This document shows, in pieces, positions 58,728 to 64,000 of a DNA stretch of 64,000 bases. Below the pieces are notes generated by a model. It worked only from the letters and a program-made list of their open reading frames with translations, made no database searches and was not told the DNA's origin. A program made the translations under genes and the position numbers. How positions within the stretch are numbered: position 1 is the first letter of the stretch; every line of letters begins with the position of its first letter. The stretch lies in IMG/VR virus record IMGVR_UViG_3300017917_002374, positions 186,001 to 250,000 of that record; one strand, given 5' to 3'.

Positions 58728-61700
58728 ATGGCCGTTACCAGAATAAAAAACAATCAGATTACTGATGCAACCATATTTGCAAACGAAAAAATCGCTGCGC
58801 AAACCATTGTAGGAACGCTGTTTAATCCTAATGTAACCATTGCGTCTAATATTACCATTAACGGAAACCTTAGTGTTTCTGGCACCACTCAGACAATTAA
58901 CAGTGTAAACACACTGATTAACGATCCGTTGGTCATTTTTAACAACGGTTATGTAGGTACTCCTGCATATGATGTGGGTGTGCTTGTAAATAGAAATCTA
59001 AATCCAATTAATGCAGCCTGGATTTGGCGCGAAGCCAATGTGGGATTTGCAGGTGTGCTGACTAGCGAAACAGGTACAACCACCGGATCTATTAACAACA
59101 CCACTTATGCCAACTTGATTATTGGTAATACCATAATTGATGCATACAGTGTGAACAGTGTAAATGTAGACACAGGTGCGTTCCAGGTACGCGGCGGTGC
59201 AGGAATTTTTGCTAACTTAAATGTAGGCGGTACTGGTAGCCAGTTTGGTGCCACCGGCGGACTAACAGCTATTGATGGCAATGTGCCAATTGTTCAGGTC
59301 AATCAGTTAAGCAGCACACGTTATGGGTTCATGATCACAGACACCAACAACAATGGTGCGTTGGCTCTAAGAACAACCAGTGCCAGAGGTGCAGAGATTC
59401 ATACCTTTGGTGGTACTAATAAAGACATTTATATTCAACCAGACAGACTGAAAAGCATCTGGTTGCCTGCTGCTAACGCAGCGGTATTAGTTGATAACAA
59501 TATCAACTCTACACTGGCCAATGTTGGTGCACTGAATGTTACAGGATCAGGCGGTATTTTTGTTGGCGGCAATCTAAACGTAGGAACCAGTGCCAGCTTT
59601 GAATCAGGTCGTGTGTATGTACAAGCACCTCCTACTCAACCCAACACCATGGCTGTGAGCTTTGGATCATTATATACAGGTCTTGGCGCAAACGTTACTG
59701 TGCTTGGTGCACATGTTGGTCGTACCAGTATTGGTGATCGTTCAACCATACTAGGTGCAGGTGCAGGCAACGCAGCACCTGGCACAGACAACACTTTAGT
59801 TGGACACATGGCTGGTGGTAGTATCAGTGGAACTAACAACCAATTCTTTGGTACATTTGCAGGTAATGCAGTAACTTCAGGCAGTTACAATGTAATACTG
59901 GGCAGTTATGATGGCAATGCCATTGCCAGCCTAAGCAATCAAGTGGTAGTTTCAGATGGCGAAGGCCGTCCACGTATTCGTATTGATGCAGCTGGTAACA
60001 CTTTTGTTGTAAGTGGTCTTAACAGTACCAATGCCAATACAGGCGCATTTACTGTACAAGGTGGTGCAGGCATTGGCGGCAATCTAAACGTTGGCGGCGC
60101 AATGAGCGTGGCCAGTGGCAGACTAGACATAGATGCCACTCTAACCAGTATTGTGATGGCAGGTAACACTGCAACACAATTCCTCAGCACAGACAGTGTT
60201 ATTATTGGTCAGAAGATTGGCAGCAGCACAAACTTTGGCAGCAAAGTAACAATCATTGGTAGCGAAGCCAGCAATACCAACACAAACAGTGCAGACAACA
60301 CGTTGTTAGGTTATCGTGCAGGTTACTCAGGGCCAGGACAGCAAACCACAGCAGTTGGTAGTCAAGCAGGTCTAAATTTATTAAGTAGTGCAACTAACAA
60401 TCAACTGTTTGGTTATAATGCAGGTAGTCAAATTACCACAGGTGATTTTAACGTAGTACTTGGCGCCAACACCATGACCGGACTGGAGACAGTCAACAAC
60501 AATATTTTAATCAGTGATGGACAAGGTACTGGACGTATTCAGATCACTGACACTGGTGTGACTAAGATATTTGCCACAACAGAAGCCACTAGCCCAGCAG
60601 CAGGTGCACTGATTGTGTATGGTGGTATTGCAGTAGGAGCCAACAGCTATGTTGGCGGTAATCTAACTGTACAAGGTAACTTGACTGTACTTGGTAACAC
60701 AGTTACCATTGGATCACAAAATCTAACAGTTCAAGACAGTATCATTGAACTGCACACATTTGCCAATCTAGCACCACTCACAGTGGATGATGGTCGCGAT
60801 GTTGGTATTCGCGCACACTACTACAAAGGCTCTGACCAACACAGTTTCTTTGGATTCCAAAACAGCACTCAAAACTTCGTATGGCTACAGAACAGCACAG
60901 AGACCAGCGGAGTACACACAGGTACCTATGGTAACGTGCAGTTTGGCAGTTTGTGGCTCAGCAACAGCACAGCTAGCGGCAGTCAAACCACTGGCGCATT
61001 GGTTGTTAAAGGTGGCATTGGCGCCGGCGCACTCAGCTATCTACACAGTGTTGTGGTAGATAACAGTGTGAGTGCAACTGGCACAGACGCTGCTATCACA
61101 TTTAGTCCAACTGGTACAAGTGGATTGGTTACAATTAATCCAGCTGGTGTTACTGGTAGCATTAACAACATGACCATTGGCGTTAGTTCGCCAGCCACCG
61201 GTTATTTTAAAGATCTATTTGTACTGGCCAGCACAACTCCACAAGGCCGCAATGTAGAGTTTAGTGGCAACGGTTACGCAAATCTAAGCCCAACAGGCGC
61301 AGTCAAGATCAGTCCACAAAGTGCTAACGGTCAAAGCAGCAACATGGACAATGTGTACATTGGTAACACAACTCCACGTCAGGCCACTTTCACCAGTGCC
61401 AATGTTAACGCAGACTTTAAACTAACATCCTTTACTGGTAACAGTGTGCTGTTCATTGACAGTGCAGCTACTAGCAACTTGGCAATCACACAGCGCAACG
61501 AAAACTTTAATTTCCAGGTAACTGCTAATACATTTAGTGGTTATATGTTAAGCGTGGGTGTGGACGGTGACACACAAACACCAACCGACACATTTAACAT
61601 TCGTTATCAAGGTGACGCTTACAATCCACAGAGCACTATTGCTGCCAACACAGTTGGGCAAACTCCAGGTTGGACTGTAAGCACCAGTAGAGGCACAGGC

Positions 61701-63023
61701 TCAGCACCAGCAGTTACTCAAGACGGTGACTTCAATGGAGTATTTGGTGCGTATGCTTACACAGGTGGCACTCCAAGTTATCAAGAGATTGGTGCATGGC
61801 GTTATGTGAACCAAGGCACCACAGGTGCTGCTAGCGGTATTGGTGGTCAAGCGCAGCTATGGACCAAGAGAGATAACGGTTCAAGCACACTAGCAGTGCG
61901 TGTGGACGCAAATCAAATCGCCACATTCACTGGTCAGGTTGTAGTAGCCAACACCACCACTAGCAATACCACAACAGAAGGTGCATTGTATGTGCAAGGC
62001 GGTACCAGCATTGGCGGCAACCTAAATGTAAGTCAAGGCGCACGTTTTAACGACCAACAGAATGCTAATCGTGACTTTTATGTACGTGGTGGCAATGATT
62101 CAACCTTGATTTGGGCCAATACTAGAAGCGCATATAACCAGGTGTTGATTGGTAACAGCGCGATTGGTGCCAACTTGATCACAGGTGCTAAGTTACAAAT
62201 CAACAGTACAGACAGTATTATTATACCTGTAGGTACCACAGCACAGCGTCCAGGAGCGTCGCAAGGTTATGGCACTGCCACAGCAGGTATGGTACGATTT
62301 AATACTCTTACTGCTGACTTGGAATACTACACAGGTACACAATGGTTCAGTCCACAGACATCTGCGCTTACAGTAGTCACAGATGATCAGTTCTCTGGAA
62401 ACGGAGTGCAAACGGAATTTGTTATCAGTCGTCCTGCTACTACCAACGGAACATTTATTACTCTAAACGGTGTGGTACAGCACCCAAGTGTTGCTTACAA
62501 CACATTCTCTGCAAACAGCACAGTGGTGTTTACAGAAGCACCGGCAGTAGGCGATGCAATTGACATTCGTACAGTAACACTCACATCTGAAGTGGTTGGT
62601 TTAAGTGCGCCATTGGGATATGTTACCATTGTGGCAGAGAACGAAAGTTTAAAAATAACCACAGGTGAAACTGCTGCAAATGTACGTTACGAATTTTTAA
62701 ATGACGGTGCTTTACTGTACAGACCAGCTAATCTTGCTGTTGGACAAAGTCAGACTATTGTGGATAGCTTTGACAAAGCACAAATTCGCAGTGCCAAATA
62801 TGTTATCAATGTTGAGCATTTTGGCGAGTACGAAACCAGCGAAGTTATGGTGTTGCACGACGGAACAACTGCATATCGTACTCAGTACAACAAGATATTC
62901 ACAGGCAATGCAGGCCTGGGCAGTGTAACCGCAGCAGTGGTAGGAGCAAACGTGTATGTTTACTACACAGGCACTTATACTGGCAATTATGTGAAGTATA
63001 AAGCGGACTACGTGGGTGTATAA
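58728..63023 (+). CDS. Long fibre/adhesin-like structural protein (1,431 aa)
   Basis: Repeated GAL.V.GG.GIGGNLNVG units; trimeric beta-helix-like NT.LG..AG repeats; same C-terminal modules as the 630-aa protein. Confidence 0.65.
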   Translation: MAVTRIKNNQITDATIFANEKIAAQTIVGTLFNPNVTIASNITINGNLSVSGTTQTINSVNTLINDPLVIFNNGYVGTPAYDVGVLVNRNLNPINAAWIWREANVGFAGVLTSETGTTTGSINNTTYANLIIGNTIIDAYSVNSVNVDTGAFQVRGGAGIFANLNVGGTGSQFGATGGLTAIDGNVPIVQVNQLSSTRYGFMITDTNNNGALALRTTSARGAEIHTFGGTNKDIYIQPDRLKSIWLPAANAAVLVDNNINSTLANVGALNVTGSGGIFVGGNLNVGTSASFESGRVYVQAPPTQPNTMAVSFGSLYTGLGANVTVLGAHVGRTSIGDRSTILGAGAGNAAPGTDNTLVGHMAGGSISGTNNQFFGTFAGNAVTSGSYNVILGSYDGNAIASLSNQVVVSDGEGRPRIRIDAAGNTFVVSGLNSTNANTGAFTVQGGAGIGGNLNVGGAMSVASGRLDIDATLTSIVMAGNTATQFLSTDSVIIGQKIGSSTNFGSKVTIIGSEASNTNTNSADNTLLGYRAGYSGPGQQTTAVGSQAGLNLLSSATNNQLFGYNAGSQITTGDFNVVLGANTMTGLETVNNNILISDGQGTGRIQITDTGVTKIFATTEATSPAAGALIVYGGIAVGANSYVGGNLTVQGNLTVLGNTVTIGSQNLTVQDSIIELHTFANLAPLTVDDGRDVGIRAHYYKGSDQHSFFGFQNSTQNFVWLQNSTETSGVHTGTYGNVQFGSLWLSNSTASGSQTTGALVVKGGIGAGALSYLHSVVVDNSVSATGTDAAITFSPTGTSGLVTINPAGVTGSINNMTIGVSSPATGYFKDLFVLASTTPQGRNVEFSGNGYANLSPTGAVKISPQSANGQSSNMDNVYIGNTTPRQATFTSANVNADFKLTSFTGNSVLFIDSAATSNLAITQRNENFNFQVTANTFSGYMLSVGVDGDTQTPTDTFNIRYQGDAYNPQSTIAANTVGQTPGWTVSTSRGTGSAPAVTQDGDFNGVFGAYAYTGGTPSYQEIGAWRYVNQGTTGAASGIGGQAQLWTKRDNGSSTLAVRVDANQIATFTGQVVVANTTTSNTTTEGALYVQGGTSIGGNLNVSQGARFNDQQNANRDFYVRGGNDSTLIWANTRSAYNQVLIGNSAIGANLITGAKLQINSTDSIIIPVGTTAQRPGASQGYGTATAGMVRFNTLTADLEYYTGTQWFSPQTSALTVVTDDQFSGNGVQTEFVISRPATTNGTFITLNGVVQHPSVAYNTFSANSTVVFTEAPAVGDAIDIRTVTLTSEVVGLSAPLGYVTIVAENESLKITTGETAANVRYEFLNDGALLYRPANLAVGQSQTIVDSFDKAQIRSAKYVINVEHFGEYETSEVMVLHDGTTAYRTQYNKIFTGNAGLGSVTAAVVGANVYVYYTGTYTGNYVKYKADYVGV

Positions 63024-63025
63024 GG

Positions 63026-63031
63026 TAAATA
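63026..63031 (+). promoter_or_regulatory. Late promoter TAAATA
   Basis: 17 nt before ATG 63049, with AGGA RBS. Confidence 0.5.
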
Positions 63032-63048
63032 AGGTATAGGAAACACAA

Positions 63049-63234
63049 ATGGCCAATTCATATTTTGAAGTTGATGTGGGAGTAAACGTTGGTGGCGTAA
63101 GCATCAACGGTACCACTGGCAATATAACCACTTCTGGAAACATAATTCTAAATACGACCACTGTGAATTACAGTGCTAACAGCGTGACTCCAAAAAGCTA
63201 TGTAGATAACATAGCAGTGGTTTTTGGAGTATAA
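63049..63234 (+). CDS. Small structural protein (61 aa)
   Basis: Promoter and RBS present; PKSYVDNIAVVFGV C-terminus of fibre type. Confidence 0.6.
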   Translation: MANSYFEVDVGVNVGGVSINGTTGNITTSGNIILNTTTVNYSANSVTPKSYVDNIAVVFGV

Positions 63235-63237
63235 ATA
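63230..63237 (+). promoter_or_regulatory. Late promoter TATAAATA
   Basis: Exact T4 consensus overlapping the preceding stop codon. Confidence 0.65.
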
Positions 63238-63263
63238 GTTAAATTACTACAAGGTAGACAAAG

Positions 63264-64000
63264 ATGGCAAGAAAATCAGTTAAAAATTATATTTTTACAC
63301 CAGGCGCAGCAAATTCTGGAACAGTAACAATCCCTGATCCGTACAAACTTGGTGACATTCTAATGATCACAAACGTCACACGTAACACTGTGATTTACAA
63401 TTTTGGTGATCCTACTAGAGGGGGCAGCGTTGCGTATACTAACAATACCAACGGCACTCTTACCAGTCCTGCAGGCACAGCTCTGAGTGCTGGTAAAAAC
63501 ATCTTTAGTAATCTAAACAATGGATTTACCACAATTACCTTGGCATTTGACACCAGCACACATAATGCTGCTGATGTATTGCAAATCTTTGTTGAAAGCG
63601 AAGAACTAAAAGTTCGTCCATATGATTTTGGTGTTGACGCTGTGGAGCGTATGAAAATTGCTGCACCACAATCCTTGATTGATGCAGACTTTGAATATGG
63701 TATGCAGCCAACCAAGTGGGTGAGTTTTGCATCCATGAATGACATGCCTTGTACTTACGAACTGCCTGGTAGTGATATATCACTAGGTGGAGGTCTTGGC
63801 AGCTATGCTACATTTATTACTGGAGGCATTAACACACCAAGTACTTTTATCTCCGGCACCGCCCAAACAAACACAATATTTGTAAACCAAGGCTATGATG
63901 GCCCTGGTGGTACTCTTACACAAAATGGTCCAAGAAGTATTCTCAACGGCTACTACATGATTGTGGCACAAGGGCAAGCTGGGCAACCAAACTGTGCAGC
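63264..64000 (+). CDS. Virion structural protein, truncated by the window end (MARKSVKNYIFTPG…DADFEYGMQPTKW…)
   Basis: ATG 63264 after a late promoter; frame open to the window end; absent from the track because it has no stop. Confidence 0.75.
   Translation, partial: MARKSVKNYIFTPGAANSGTVTIPDPYKLGDILMITNVTRNTVIYNFGDPTRGGSVAYTNNTNGTLTSPAGTALSAGKNIFSNLNNGFTTITLAFDTSTHNAADVLQIFVESEELKVRPYDFGVDAVERMKIAAPQSLIDADFEYGMQPTKWVSFASMNDMPCTYELPGSDISLGGGLGSYATFITGGINTPSTFISGTAQTNTIFVNQGYDGPGGTLTQNGPRSILNGYYMIVAQGQAGQPNCA

Noticed and set aside
2638-63986. Numerous short ORFs antisense to or nested within the long structural genes in the track
   Set aside because: They are shadows of biased codon usage on the coding strand, lack RBS/promoter support and show no recognisable motifs.
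1-64000. CRISPR array, tRNA genes, transposase or stop-codon reassignment
   Set aside because: No regularly spaced repeats, cloverleafs or transposase motifs were noticed, and genes read as full-length ORFs in the standard code.

Overview
The window is part of a large T4-like (myovirus) bacteriophage genome. It is almost entirely virion-morphogenesis genes. The minus strand carries a baseplate/tail block: gp48/54-like, gp53, hub, gp5, a lysozyme-like protein, gp25, gp6, a 6,288-aa wedge-like giant and two fibre proteins. A plus-strand island holds late sigma gp55, gp47/gp46 and a GIY-YIG nuclease. Then come gp26/gp51, tape measure, the head block (gp20 portal, core proteins, gp21, gp22, gp23), a glycosyltransferase and a run of paralogous fibre proteins that continues off the right end. 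A (A)TAAATA late-promoter motif precedes most structural genes. The most unusual elements are: (1) a lipid-modification cassette at the left end (two membrane desaturases, an acyl carrier protein and its AcpS), two of whose genes have phage late promoters; (2) a ~360-430 nt densely base-paired non-coding segment, with a loop-loop pseudoknot, starting at the stop codon of the GIY-YIG gene; (3) a self-contained ~65-nt antisense transcription unit (sigma70-like promoter plus terminator) just after the major capsid gene. All calls come from motif recognition by eye; no database searches or folding programs were run.
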